This document shows, one piece after another, positions 18,639 to 28,567 of a stretch of 64,000 nucleotides of DNA. The DNA lies in the NCBI GenBank assembly GCA_034669905.1, contig JAXMOL010000026.1, positions 1 to 64,000 of the forward strand, in the 5' to 3' direction. The stretch is from Candidatus Hydrogenedentota bacterium (lineage in GTDB: Bacteria; Hydrogenedentota; Hydrogenedentia; Hydrogenedentales; JAEUWI01). The notes under the pieces were generated by a model. That model worked only from the letters and a program-made list of their open reading frames with translations. It did no database searches and had not been told where the DNA came from. Positions within the stretch are counted from its first letter, which is position 1. Each line of letters opens with the position of its first letter. Made by a program: the position numbers and the translations under genes.

Positions 18639-19939
18639 GACGGCTTCTGCTGTAGTGCGCTGAGAATCTCGTCCCGGGAAGCCACGCACCATTCGACCGG
18701 TACCGCCGCCGTGGCCTCGATTCGCTCCAGGGCCGCGAAATCCAACGGATCCGATATGGCGACCCGGATGCCCGCAGCAGCACCCCGAATCGGGATGCAC
18801 ACGTCCCGGTTCAGCGTGGCCATCCCGATCGCGCGCGCAGCGGCCCAATCGATCGCCTCATCGCTCAGCGGGACAAATTCCAGTCGGCACTGTTCTGCGA
18901 TGGCGCTGGCCAGGGAGCGGGCGGAGACTTCCCCACGATCCAGGAGGAGCTCGCCGAGGCTGAGGCCAGTGCCCGGTTGCGCGCGAAGGGCACCTTCGAT
19001 AGCGTCGTCTGTTACAAGGCCGTTGTCGCGCAATATTTCGCCCAGCATCAGGCAACTGGACAAGGGGCGATTCCAGTCGGCATCTCGGGTATCACTGTCT
19101 TCCGATGGGTTTTCCAACAGGCGACCACGATTGGCTGGCGGGACCGAGATGTCGCCATCGTGGGAGGAGCCCCGCAGCGCGGTGACAAAGCTCCGGCAAT
19201 CCTCAAAGCGCTCTTCGGGTACCTCCGAGAGCGCGCGTTTGAATGCATCATCAACGTTCAGACCCGTCGAAGGTGCGGCGCCTGTGGAGCTCCATCCACG
19301 CTGCGCAAGGGAAGGGTGCTCGCCGTTCAAGAGCTCGTAGGCCATGACCGCCAGACTGTATTGGTCGCTGTAGGGCGTCGGTGCACGGCCATGAATCACC
19401 TCCGGGGCCATGTAGAGGTAGGTGCCTACCCGTGAAGCGGGATGGTCCGTCTGATCCTGCTCCGCCAGCACGGAAGCGATTCCAAAATCGATGAGAGAAA
19501 CTTCTTCCCCGTGACCACACAACACATTACTTGGCTTAATGTCGCGATGGAGAATCTGGCGTGCGTGCGCGTAGTCCAATGCATCGGCGATTTGCTGTAG
19601 CCAATGCTCCAGCCGCGACCGCGGTACCTGGGCCCCGGATTCCGCTGCGGCCGACCGCAAGGTCTGGCCTTCCAGGTATTCCATCGTTATGAAGGGCTCT
19701 GGCTCGACCTCATAGAATGAAAAGACCTGGCAAATGTTCGGGTGATGAAGACGGCGGGCAATCAGGACCTCGCGCTTGAGCGAGTTGATGGCCCGGGCGT
19801 CCGATCGCGACTCCGCATGGAGGAGCTTACACGCGATCGGGCGATTGCCGGTCTGATGATCCAACGCAAGCCAAACGGAGCCAGAGGCCCCCCTCCCGAG
19901 TTGGCGAAGGAGGGAGAAGCGTGTGGCGAGTATCTTCAT
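18635..19939 (-). CDS. Hanks-type Ser/Thr protein kinase fused to a C-terminal MshEN/T2SSE_N-like domain
   Basis: LGRGASGSV, IACK, HRDIKPSN, DFG, APE. C-terminus has two LGxxL..G..Q 24-aa motifs followed by IRVAISDPLD. Confidence 0.88.
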   Translation of the reverse strand: MKILATRFSLLRQLGRGASGSVWLALDHQTGNRPIACKLLHAESRSDARAINSLKREVLIARRLHHPNICQVFSFYEVEPEPFITMEYLEGQTLRSAAAESGAQVPRSRLEHWLQQIADALDYAHARQILHRDIKPSNVLCGHGEEVSLIDFGIASVLAEQDQTDHPASRVGTYLYMAPEVIHGRAPTPYSDQYSLAVMAYELLNGEHPSLAQRGWSSTGAAPSTGLNVDDAFKRALSEVPEERFEDCRSFVTALRGSSHDGDISVPPANRGRLLENPSEDSDTRDADWNRPLSSCLMLGEILRDNGLVTDDAIEGALRAQPGTGLSLGELLLDRGEVSARSLASAIAEQCRLEFVPLSDEAIDWAAARAIGMATLNRDVCIPIRGAAAGIRVAISDPLDFAALERIEATAAVPVEWCVASRDEILSALQQKPS

Positions 19940-20104
19940 TGGGGTGCCTTATGCGTTGCGGTGGAGCGCTCCGGGGCCAGCGGGCCCGATGGGAGAGGGA
20001 CCCACCCACCAACGAAACGCGCCTGGGAAACCACCCGCCCTACATACTACCACGATCGGGAAGAATGTTGCGGGGCAAGAGGATCCCATGGCGAGGCACG
20101 CTGC

Positions 20105-23100
20105 TCAACGAACGCTATCCCGCAATGCACGGCTGGACAGGAGCAGTATCAGCAGCGTAATGCCCGTCAGGAAGAAATCGCCCTGAAGGCCCTGAAGGCC
20201 TTTCGACGGCGCTGGACACTGGGCACAGCCCGTACCGGGTTCTCCTTCACCCTCACCCTCGCCTTCACCTTCACCTTCGCCTTCTCCCTCACCTTCTCCG
20301 GCGACGGCTTCGGCACGCAAGGCGACGGTGACGGATTTGAGTTGACCGCTTCCGATCGTGATGTCCATGGTGCCCGGAAGATAACCGGGTGCACTCACCC
20401 CGACGCTATAGGCCCCCTCGGCCATCGCCGGGAAGGCATAGAGGCCGTCGGTGTTTTCCGTAACCGGTGCGAAGGAACTCACCGTCAATTCGACGGAGGC
20501 ATCGCCCAGGCGCTTCTGGTCGGCGGCATCCCACACGGTGCAGAACATGGTGGCGGCGAGAATGGCCGAACTCTGTACCAGTACCGGCTCCTGAATTGCA
20601 GGACCTTCGACACGGAGTGCGATCTCCTCGGGCTCCGTCTCCCCCCAGTAGTTCGATTGCATGACGAGCGCTTCTTCCCGCTCGTTGATCACGGCGAGTC
20701 CATCAAGCGTGGGGAGGAAATCGTTCCAGCCGCTGTTGGGATTGGTCGTGTCGCCAAGGGCCTTGGTGGTGTATTTCAAGGCCTGCTCGCTATTGTCCCG
20801 GATGATGATGCCGGCCCCCTGTGCGGCGGGGTCACCGAAGCGGTCTGGCATATCTTCAAAGGTGCAACGGCGGATGGTTGGAATCGCGTCCAGCACATCG
20901 ATACCGGAACCCAGGCGCGTAAAGATGCACCGCTCGATGACGGAATTCCCCGGCCGTACTCCGTCCACCAATAGGGCGGTGCGGTCCCGTTCGGGGGAGC
21001 CCAGGAAGGTCACGTCACTGAGTGACATCGTCACGTCGTTCATATCAAACAGATAGGCTTCGTCGCTGAAGGGAGTAATCGTCACGCGACGCAAGGCGGA
21101 ATTCTCCGCGCCCGTGACCATGCCCATGATAACGACGTTGGCACCCCGTTCCCCGGCGATGATGATGCCTTCGCCCATCACCACATCCTCGGCGTAGGTG
21201 CCTTCCCGCAGGATAATACGAGGCCGGGGCAGGGTGTTGGGGACGACCTGGGAAAGGGCGTAGCCAATTGTTCGCCAGGGATTGAGTGACGAACCACGGT
21301 TTGCTTCATCCTCGCCGTCCGGAGCGACATAGAGGAGGCCATTGGGGCTGGTCGGATCCGTGGGATCGCCATTCTCCAGAAATTCTTCCAGGTTGGTCAC
21401 GTCGTCTCCGTCGAAATCCTCGCCGGAATCGTCGCGAAGGGGATCCAGGCCGAAGTCGAATTCGAAATTGTCCGTCATGCCGTCGTCGTCCGTATCCAAC
21501 AGGGCGTCGTCTGTTCCGAGGCACATTTCCACGCAACGACTCAGCCCGTCGCCGTCTTCATCCGGGCTGTCTTCCGTGCACAGGGCGATACAGTCTTCAA
21601 TGGAGCCTTCACCTTCGCCTTCACCTTCACCTTCACCTTCACCTTCACCTTCACCGGCCGCCTGGTAGGTGATGGAAAAGGAGGCGGGCGCGGTGTTGTC
21701 GTTTCCGACGAGATCCTGGACCACACCGGCTTCGATGGACAGGGTCACCGTGCCTTCTGCGGTCGGCAACACCCCGAGGCTATAGGTCATACCATCCGCC
21801 GTAAGGGAATCTATGGTCCCGTTGCTTACGGTAAGCTGTTCCACGTCGAAGCCCGCGATGATCTCGCTGAAGGCAACCAGGACCGGAATGGGGGACGCGC
21901 TGGTCGGATCGCTTTCGCTGGAGCTCATCTCCACGGTGGGTGGCACGGTATCGATGGTCAAGGCATCGGTGAAGGTCTGCATGCCGGTTTTTTCGGAGTC
22001 ATTTGTGGCCGATACGGCGACGGTGTACACGCCATCGGGAAGCGTTTCGGTGACGTTGGCGCTCCACTCTTCGCCGGACACCGAGGCCGAATAGGTGGTG
22101 CCATTCACCGTTACATCGACGGAGGTGACGACCCCATCGTCCACGACCGTGCCGTGGAGTGCCGGGCTGGCATCATTGGTCATGAGGCCATCGAAGCCGG
22201 GGACAGGCGCATTGGTCAGCACCACCAACTCATTGGTCGTGGCGTCGCTGCCCACATTGTTGGCCACATCGGTGGCCGTAGCCATGACATCATAGGTGCC
22301 ATCGGCCAGGCTGCGGGTTACATTCGCGGTCCAGGTCGTACCCGAAATGCTCGCCACATAGGCGTTACCGGAAACCACGACGCGGATGGTCACGGCAGTG
22401 GCATCGTTTACCGTTCCCGTTATGGTGGGCGAGGGGTCATCCGTCGTTAAGGTGTCTACCGTAACCACCGGTGACGTCGTGTCCACGGTGAGTTCATCGG
22501 TCGTGCTGTCGGTGCCCCTGTTGCCCGCCGCGTCCGTGGCTTCCGCCATGACGTCATAGGTGCCATCGGCCGCGAGACTGGTCGCCACGGCACTCCATTG
22601 GCCTGCCGTTACAGTGGCGGCGTAGGCGTTTCCACCCACGGTGACGCTTACGCTGGTTGCGCTGTCATCGCTGACTGTGCCCTGCAGCGTGGGTGGGAGG
22701 ACGGCGCTAATCACGGATTCCACCGTGACGACGGGGGGCGTGCTATCGATAGTCAGTTCGTCATTGGTGCTGTCCAGGCCACTATTTCCGGCCGTGTCGG
22801 TGGCCTCGACGGCGACATCGTAGGTGCTTCCCGGGGTGAGCGGAGTCGAGATGACGGCGCTCCAGGTGCTCCCGGAAATCGTGGCCATATAGGCCACGCT
22901 GTCCACCGTAACCGAAACAGTCGACAGGTTGGCATCCACGGCGCTACCGGTTACGGTAGGCGTGGTGCTGGAACTGCTCTGTGGGTTGACGGTGACCACC
23001 GGGAGCGTTGCATCCACGAGCAGTTCGTCGGTGCTTCCATCGGTCCCCACATTGCCGGCCCCATCGGTGCCCGTTGCGACGACGTCGTAGGTGCCATCGG

Positions 23101-26100
23101 GCAACACGTCGGGCACGTTGGCCGTCCAGGTCGTGCCCGTGACGAGGGCGGAATAGGTCTTTCCATTGACCAGCACGTCTACCGACACGCTGTTCGCATC
23201 GGTGATCGTGCCGCTGAGTAGGGGTGTCGTGTCCAGGGTGACCAGGCTGTCTACGGTTACCACGGGCGCCCCCGTCTCGATTTCGAGTTCGTCGGTGGTG
23301 GCATCGTTACCCGAATTGCCCGCCTCGTCGGTGGCCGTCACCACCACATCGTAGATGCCGTCCGCCAGTGCGCTCCCGACGGTGACGCTCCAGACGCTGC
23401 CGACCACCGGGACCCCGGTGAAGGTCTGAGCACCGACTGTGACATCCACATTGGTGATGGTATGGGCGTCGCTCACGGTTCCGGAGAGCATCGGCGTCGT
23501 GTTGTTGGTCAGCAAGGTGCTCACGGTGGATGCGGGGGGCGTCATGTCGATGGCCAGGGCGTCGGGGAAAACCTCCATGCTGGTGGCGGCGTTATCATCC
23601 GTGGCCGATACGGTCACATCGTAATTGCCCTCGGCCAGGGTTTCGCCCACCGAAACGCTCCAGGTGCCACTTCCCAGCGTGGCATTATAGAGGGTGCCGT
23701 TGATGGTGACATCGACGGACGTAATGCTGAAGGACCCAAACGCGGTGGCCGTGCCCGCCACGGTGGGGCTGGGAGCGCTCGTGACCAGCGACGTGGCGGT
23801 TACCACCGGCGCCGTCGCCGAAATGGTCACTTCGTTGGTCGTGCCGTCCACACCCACGTTGCCGACCGCATCGGTCGCCGTGGCCACCACCTCATAGGTG
23901 CCGTCGGCCAGGCTATTGGTGACATTCGCAGACCAGGTGGTGTCGTCGACGACGGCGGTATAGGTCGAGCCGTCGATAAGCACATCCAGCGTCACGGCGG
24001 TCCCATCCGTCACCGTACCGCTCAACACGGGGGTCGCGTCGCCCGTGCTCACGCTGTTGACCGTGACCACCGGCGCCGTCGTATCGACCGTAAGCTCGTT
24101 CGCCGTGCTGTCCATGCCCACGTTGCCCACCGTATCGGTTGCGGTGGCGGAGACCTCGTGAACGCCATCGGCCAGGTTCGGCGAGATCATGCCCTGGGCA
24201 AGCGACCAGGTTCCGTTACCGTTGTTGACGGCCGGGTAACTGTTGCCGCCTACCGAGATGGAGAGGGTCAGGCTGTTGGTGCGATCCGCCATGGCATCGT
24301 CCAGGGTGCCCGAGAGGGCCGGACTCGCCGAGGCGCTTGTAGTGGGGGTTACCGTGATCAAGGGCGTGGTGGTGTCTACCCACAGGCCGTCGGTGGAACT
24401 GGCCATACCCACATTGCCGGCCCCATCGGTGGCCGTGGCTTCGATGGTGTAGGGACCGTCTGCCAGCGCGCTGGGTACCCCGGCGCTCCACCCGCCACCC
24501 GAAACCGTGGCGCCAAAGGTCTGGCCGCCTACCGTGATCGATACCGTGCTTGCCGTGGCATCGGTGACCGTTCCACTGAGGGTGGGGCGGGCGTTGTTGG
24601 TGGACTGGGTAAAGATTGTTACGGCGGGGGCCGTGGTATCGATGAAAAGGGTGTCCGTGTTGGCAATCGTATCGGAGTTGCCTGCAGGATCCAGCACATC
24701 GAGGGTTACTGTGTAGACGCCATCGGCGAGGGCCGTCAGCGTATTGTCCGCCAGCGACCATATCGTGCCGCCGTTGGTGGCCACCAGCCCTGATTGGCCA
24801 TCGACAGAGACCGTCACGGTCGCCGTGGCGTCATCGACCGGCCCGGAAAGGGCCGGGCTGGCATCATTGGTAATCCGCAGGCCCATGCTGGCCGTCGGGA
24901 CCACCGTATCAATCGTCAGTTCATTGGTGGTGTTGTCCGTATCGGTATTGCCCGCAGGGTCCATCGCCGTAACGATGACGTTGTACGTCCCATCGGCAAG
25001 GGTGGAAAGGCTATCGTCGGGCAGCGTCCAGGTGCCATCGCCGTTGTTCGTCGCGGCGAGTCCCGACTGTCCCCCCACATCCACGGTGATCGTCGCCGTC
25101 GTATCATTGACCGTGCCGGAGAGGGCGGGGGTGGAATCATTCGAAACCAGGGATTGCACGGTAATTGTCGGTGCGGTTGTATCGTAGGTTACCGTGCCGT
25201 CCGTGCTTCCGTTGATGGAAGCGGTTAGATTGGTGTTTCGGTTGATGGATAGGTCTACCACCGACATGGCCACAACGCTCGGACTGATCGTGCCCGCCCC
25301 GGAAATATTGAAGGCCTCAATCGTAAAGCGCCTTCCATCACCCAATCCGGTGAGGCTCACATCGTAGGTCGACGTACCGCCTTTGGTGATATCGGCAATA
25401 CTGAAGCCCGTGATGGCCTCGTCGGCGACCACATCAAAAAACACCGGTTCGCTATTTGTCGGGTCCGCCTGACCGGCGCCGACGTCTACCGTGAGGGTCG
25501 GACCAATCTCGGGAATAATTCCCGGATCGTCGGTTTCACTGAATTCGGAGGTGTTACCGGCCGCGCTGGTGCGGGTGGCGGTGACATTCAACATATCATA
25601 GGGTGCCAGCTCTGCCGGGATGTCAAAGGTGGAACCGGTGGCAATGCCTTCGCCGATAAGAAACTGGCCTTCATCCGCGCTGTCGGCGAAGAGCTGTATT
25701 AAATCGCCGGCCGTGACGCCCGAACCCTGAACCGCATAGGGCCACGTGGTGGTGAGCCCGGTAACGGTGGGGGCCAGAATACCGTTGTTGGCGCCCCCAT
25801 CCAATATGATTGGGCCCCTACCCCCATTGTCGAATATCGGGTTGTACGTAATTTTGACCCGTCTCAGGGCGCGATCTTTCTTGTCCAGCAATACGCCTTC
25901 GCTGCCGTTGTGGGCAATGATATTGGCACCAGCGGGGCTTCCGCCGATCGTGATGTCGGTGGCCGCACGGGTATCGCTGGTCACCACGATACCCTCCGAG
26001 TGGTTACCCAACGGTGACACGCCATCGGCGGCCACGCCAATCAGGTTCCCCTGGATAAGGGTGCCCGCGCCGCCGTCCAACACGATGCCATCGCCTCCAT

Positions 26101-27202
26101 TTCCAGAGATGACGTTGCCGTTGGTGCCGCTGTCGTCGCCAATCAAGGTGCCCGCTACCGCGCCGGTAATCAAAACACCGATACTCCCGCCCGCGTCGGT
26201 CATACCTGTGGCATCGGTGCCAATATAGTTATTGAAAATCGTGGTGTTGGAAAGGGTGGAACCCGAAAGGGAGACGTTCGCGATTCCGTTATCGGCGATG
26301 ACATTTCGGCCGCCGGTGCTGCCCGGTGTGCCAATTTCCGTACCGGCAATGGAGTCGGCCGTGGAGGAGCCGGCGTTGAGTTTAATGCCTTCGTCGCTGT
26401 TTCCGATCTTGGTTACGCCGTTTGACCCGATGCCGATGTAGTTGCCATAGATTTTGTTACCCGCGGCCACATCGCTTGCACCCGTCGTCGAGACAAGAAT
26501 CCCATTATCTGAATTATCCCCAATGATATTGCGGTCAGCGGTCCCATTTACGCCCCCAATAATGTTGTCGGACGAATCCTCAATATGAATCCCGTGGACA
26601 CCATTCCCTTGAGAATCCGTCCCGGTTATCGTCCCGATGAAACACCCCCTGATGGTGTTGTTGCTTGTACCGCTGCCGGAAAGGGTGATCCCTGTGCCGC
26701 TGTTGTTGTAAATCTTCATGTTACTTATGGTATTGCCGGTCGTGTTCCCGCTGATCAGGATGGCACCGGGGTCGGCTTTGGTAATCGATAGCCCGTTGAG
26801 CGTACTGCCACCAGAGCCGCTTGCAAGGGCAATACCCGCTGTACCGGTTGCATCGTCGAAATCGAGCAGAATGCCCTGACTTTCCCCGTCCAGCGTCACC
26901 GGACTGGTAATTGGTGGCACCACCGTCGTACAGAAGATGGTCATACCGGCGAGGCTGGCATCGAATTGGATGGTATCCGCACCCGCCGTGTTATTCGCGG
27001 CAGTGACCGCTTCATGGAGACTGATCTTGCCGTCCGCGCCGGGTGAAGCGTTGAGATTGGCGATAGAGCTCAGGCTGGGGGCGTCCACCGTGCTGTTCAG
27101 TCCCGTAACCACCACCGTCGCGCCATGGGCGGACGATGAGATGCCAGCGCCCGCAACCAAAAACACGACAAGTACCCTCAGATACCTGTGTCCCTGCCCC
27201 AT
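20105..27202 (-). CDS. Giant (~2,365 aa) secreted/surface protein: beta-helix, tandem bacterial Ig-like repeats, GE repeats, Ca-binding DxDxDG repeats, second beta-helix, C-terminal anchor
   Basis: ATG at 27202 followed by a signal peptide (RYLRVLVVFLVAGAGISSSAHG). CSLREA-like DGKISLHEA, GNYIG/GNLIG beta-helix repeats, 12 ~90-aa DTTxP..P.LSGT..DGTY.V..TD.AGN repeats, DEDGDG/DTDDDG/DFDGDD, YVAPDG..PWRTIGYAL. Confidence 0.9.
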   Translation of the reverse strand: MGQGHRYLRVLVVFLVAGAGISSSAHGATVVVTGLNSTVDAPSLSSIANLNASPGADGKISLHEAVTAANNTAGADTIQFDASLAGMTIFCTTVVPPITSPVTLDGESQGILLDFDDATGTAGIALASGSGGSTLNGLSITKADPGAILISGNTTGNTISNMKIYNNSGTGITLSGSGTSNNTIRGCFIGTITGTDSQGNGVHGIHIEDSSDNIIGGVNGTADRNIIGDNSDNGILVSTTGASDVAAGNKIYGNYIGIGSNGVTKIGNSDEGIKLNAGSSTADSIAGTEIGTPGSTGGRNVIADNGIANVSLSGSTLSNTTIFNNYIGTDATGMTDAGGSIGVLITGAVAGTLIGDDSGTNGNVISGNGGDGIVLDGGAGTLIQGNLIGVAADGVSPLGNHSEGIVVTSDTRAATDITIGGSPAGANIIAHNGSEGVLLDKKDRALRRVKITYNPIFDNGGRGPIILDGGANNGILAPTVTGLTTTWPYAVQGSGVTAGDLIQLFADSADEGQFLIGEGIATGSTFDIPAELAPYDMLNVTATRTSAAGNTSEFSETDDPGIIPEIGPTLTVDVGAGQADPTNSEPVFFDVVADEAITGFSIADITKGGTSTYDVSLTGLGDGRRFTIEAFNISGAGTISPSVVAMSVVDLSINRNTNLTASINGSTDGTVTYDTTAPTITVQSLVSNDSTPALSGTVNDTTATITVDVGGQSGLAATNNGDGTWTLPDDSLSTLADGTYNVIVTAMDPAGNTDTDNTTNELTIDTVVPTASMGLRITNDASPALSGPVDDATATVTVSVDGQSGLVATNGGTIWSLADNTLTALADGVYTVTLDVLDPAGNSDTIANTDTLFIDTTAPAVTIFTQSTNNARPTLSGTVTDATASTVSITVGGQTFGATVSGGGWSAGVPSALADGPYTIEATATDGAGNVGMASSTDGLWVDTTTPLITVTPTTSASASPALSGTLDDAMADRTNSLTLSISVGGNSYPAVNNGNGTWSLAQGMISPNLADGVHEVSATATDTVGNVGMDSTANELTVDTTAPVVTVNSVSTGDATPVLSGTVTDGTAVTLDVLIDGSTYTAVVDDTTWSANVTNSLADGTYEVVATATDAVGNVGVDGTTNEVTISATAPVVTATSLVTSAPSPTVAGTATAFGSFSITSVDVTINGTLYNATLGSGTWSVSVGETLAEGNYDVTVSATDDNAATSMEVFPDALAIDMTPPASTVSTLLTNNTTPMLSGTVSDAHTITNVDVTVGAQTFTGVPVVGSVWSVTVGSALADGIYDVVVTATDEAGNSGNDATTDELEIETGAPVVTVDSLVTLDTTPLLSGTITDANSVSVDVLVNGKTYSALVTGTTWTANVPDVLPDGTYDVVATGTDGAGNVGTDGSTDELLVDATLPVVTVNPQSSSSTTPTVTGSAVDANLSTVSVTVDSVAYMATISGSTWSAVISTPLTPGSTYDVAVEATDTAGNSGLDSTNDELTIDSTPPVVTVESVISAVLPPTLQGTVSDDSATSVSVTVGGNAYAATVTAGQWSAVATSLAADGTYDVMAEATDAAGNRGTDSTTDELTVDTTSPVVTVDTLTTDDPSPTITGTVNDATAVTIRVVVSGNAYVASISGTTWTANVTRSLADGTYDVMATATDVANNVGSDATTNELVVLTNAPVPGFDGLMTNDASPALHGTVVDDGVVTSVDVTVNGTTYSASVSGEEWSANVTETLPDGVYTVAVSATNDSEKTGMQTFTDALTIDTVPPTVEMSSSESDPTSASPIPVLVAFSEIIAGFDVEQLTVSNGTIDSLTADGMTYSLGVLPTAEGTVTLSIEAGVVQDLVGNDNTAPASFSITYQAAGEGEGEGEGEGEGEGEGSIEDCIALCTEDSPDEDGDGLSRCVEMCLGTDDALLDTDDDGMTDNFEFDFGLDPLRDDSGEDFDGDDVTNLEEFLENGDPTDPTSPNGLLYVAPDGEDEANRGSSLNPWRTIGYALSQVVPNTLPRPRIILREGTYAEDVVMGEGIIIAGERGANVVIMGMVTGAENSALRRVTITPFSDEAYLFDMNDVTMSLSDVTFLGSPERDRTALLVDGVRPGNSVIERCIFTRLGSGIDVLDAIPTIRRCTFEDMPDRFGDPAAQGAGIIIRDNSEQALKYTTKALGDTTNPNSGWNDFLPTLDGLAVINEREEALVMQSNYWGETEPEEIALRVEGPAIQEPVLVQSSAILAATMFCTVWDAADQKRLGDASVELTVSSFAPVTENTDGLYAFPAMAEGAYSVGVSAPGYLPGTMDITIGSGQLKSVTVALRAEAVAGEGEGEGEGEGEGEGEGEGEPGTGCAQCPAPSKGLQGLQGDFFLTGITLLILLLSSRALRDSVR
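20240..20299 (-). repeat. C-terminal (Gly-Glu)10 coding repeat
   Basis: ccttca/ccctca hexamers on the + strand, directly before PGTGCAQC in the protein. Confidence 0.9.
21606..21655 (-). repeat. Internal (Gly-Glu)8 coding repeat
   Basis: ccttca/ccttcg hexamers on the + strand. Confidence 0.9.
21953..25183 (-). repeat. 12 diverged tandem ~270-bp Ig-like domain repeats inside the giant gene
   Basis: Recurring D/E-T-x-x-P-V-V-T-V...P-x-L-S-G-T...L-A-D-G-T-Y...D-x-A-G-N peptide; counted by eye. Confidence 0.85.
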
Positions 27203-27651
27203 GACGTTTCGACGGCATACCGATAAATTCACGACAAATCCCCAATTCTCGTTAAAGCCGACGAGGGTATACCGTTGCCCCGCCACGCGCCCGCAAAGGA
27301 ATAAGGAACTTGTCGTGCGGGGTTCGCGAGATCGGGTTCCGCAGCTACTACCGCAGCGGCACACCATCGCATCAAACACAAAGTTCGATCATTACATCCT
27401 GCTCTTTTCTGTGGTCTATATTAGCACACCCACTCCCAGACGCCGGGGAAAATATTGGGGGTGAGGCAAACTTCGGATCAGCCGTGACAGTTGTCTTAAG
27501 TTAAAGGGCCACAAGGAGTTTTAGAGAATCCCGTCGTGGCGGGGGCGGCCTGAAAGGGGGCCGCATTTGCGTGAACGCGACCAGGTCGATGCCATGAGCG
27601 GACTGGCGGGCGGGCAGGGTAGGCAGGAGGATCTTTACGGGGATCGCATGC

Positions 27652-27694
27652 AAGAGAAAAGGCCAAGGAGGCGCTGTTGCAACTCCTTGGCCTT
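27652..27694 (-). terminator. Intrinsic terminator downstream of tRNA-Val
   Basis: Perfect inverted repeat aaggccaaggag / ctccttggcctt; on the minus strand the stem runs into TTTTCTCTT. Confidence 0.75.
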
Positions 27695-27709
27695 AGAGGC
27701 GTTATGAAA

Positions 27710-27786
27710 TGGTGGGCGATACAAGATTCGAACTTGTGACCCCCTGTGTGTAAGACAGGTGCTCTAACCAGCTGAGCTAATCGCCC
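27710..27786 (-). tRNA. tRNA-Val (anticodon TAC)
   Basis: Reverse complement GGGCGATTAGCTCAGCTGGTTAGAGCACCTGTCT-TAC-ACACAGGGGGTCACAAGTTCGAATCTTGTATCGCCCACCA: 77 nt, cloverleaf, TTCGA loop, encoded CCA. Confidence 0.97.
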
Positions 27787-27824
27787 ATCGTGAAGGCCGG
27801 TGTGCTGGCTTCAAGAGGACGCAT

Positions 27825-27853
27825 AGTATAGCATCGTGGGACGGGCGCATCAA
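27825..27853 (-). promoter_or_regulatory. sigma70-type promoter of tRNA-Val
   Basis: Minus strand TTGATG-17 bp-TATACT with extended -10 TG, about 40 bp upstream of the tRNA. Confidence 0.7.
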
Positions 27854-27955
27854 CTTCGTTGCCCCCGGATGTTGGTGGTTGCTGGAAATCTGCTTTTATT
27901 TTCAGTATAGTGGGGCGGTAAATCGATTTACTCCAGTTTGAGGTATTAGTCGTCC

Positions 27956-28561
27956 ATGTTTGCATTCCTTCGCGGAACCGTCGCCCTGAAAACCCCCGAT
28001 CATATCGCTCTTGATGTGGGGGGCGTGGGCTATGAAGTGGCCGTCCCGGAAACGGTCTACCGAAAACTCGCGGTCCATCAGGAGGTGACCCTCTTGACGT
28101 ACTGCCATATCCGGGAAGATACCTTTCAAATCTACGGCTTTCTGAAAGAAGAAGAAAAAGCCCTCTATATGACCCTCCTGTCCATCAATAAGGTAGGGCC
28201 CAAGGTGGCGCTGGCGGTGTTGTCGGGGCTCTCGGTGCAGGCCTTCGGTCAGGCGGTCCTGGAAAATGACGTGAAAGCCTTTACCAAAATCTCCGGTATC
28301 GGAAAGGCCATGGGTCAGCGCATCGTTTTGGAGATGAAGAACAAGCTCAAGCAAAACCCCGATTTGAATGCCATTATCGGCGAGCCCGAATCCAGTGATG
28401 CCGCGCCCGAAGGGGACGATGCCTATGAGGCCCTGCTTTCCCTCGGCTGCACACCCCCCGAAGCCAAGAAAGCCGCCCAGGCCGCCCGTAAAAAACTGGG
28501 CGAGGGGGCGAGCGATGAAGCGGTGGTGCGGGCTGCGTTACAATCCATGGCAAAGGTATAA
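27956..28561 (+). CDS. ruvA: Holliday junction branch migration protein RuvA
   Basis: LRGTV..DVGGVGYEV, IRED..IYGF, KVGPKVALAVLS, GIGKAMGQRIVLEMK, EALLSLG. Confidence 0.95.
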   Translation: MFAFLRGTVALKTPDHIALDVGGVGYEVAVPETVYRKLAVHQEVTLLTYCHIREDTFQIYGFLKEEEKALYMTLLSINKVGPKVALAVLSGLSVQAFGQAVLENDVKAFTKISGIGKAMGQRIVLEMKNKLKQNPDLNAIIGEPESSDAAPEGDDAYEALLSLGCTPPEAKKAAQAARKKLGEGASDEAVVRAALQSMAKV

Positions 28562-28567
28562 TCGCCC

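Noticed and set aside
27203..27660. c-di-GMP riboswitch upstream of the giant surface gene
   Set aside because: No GEMM consensus could be assembled on the coding strand by eye. An Rfam scan would be decisive.
1..27700. Genomic island integrated at the tRNA-Val 3' end
   Set aside because: Accessory-looking genes lie downstream of the tRNA, but no integrase or duplicated tRNA 3' end was seen and the tRNA terminator is intact. The far boundary is outside the window.
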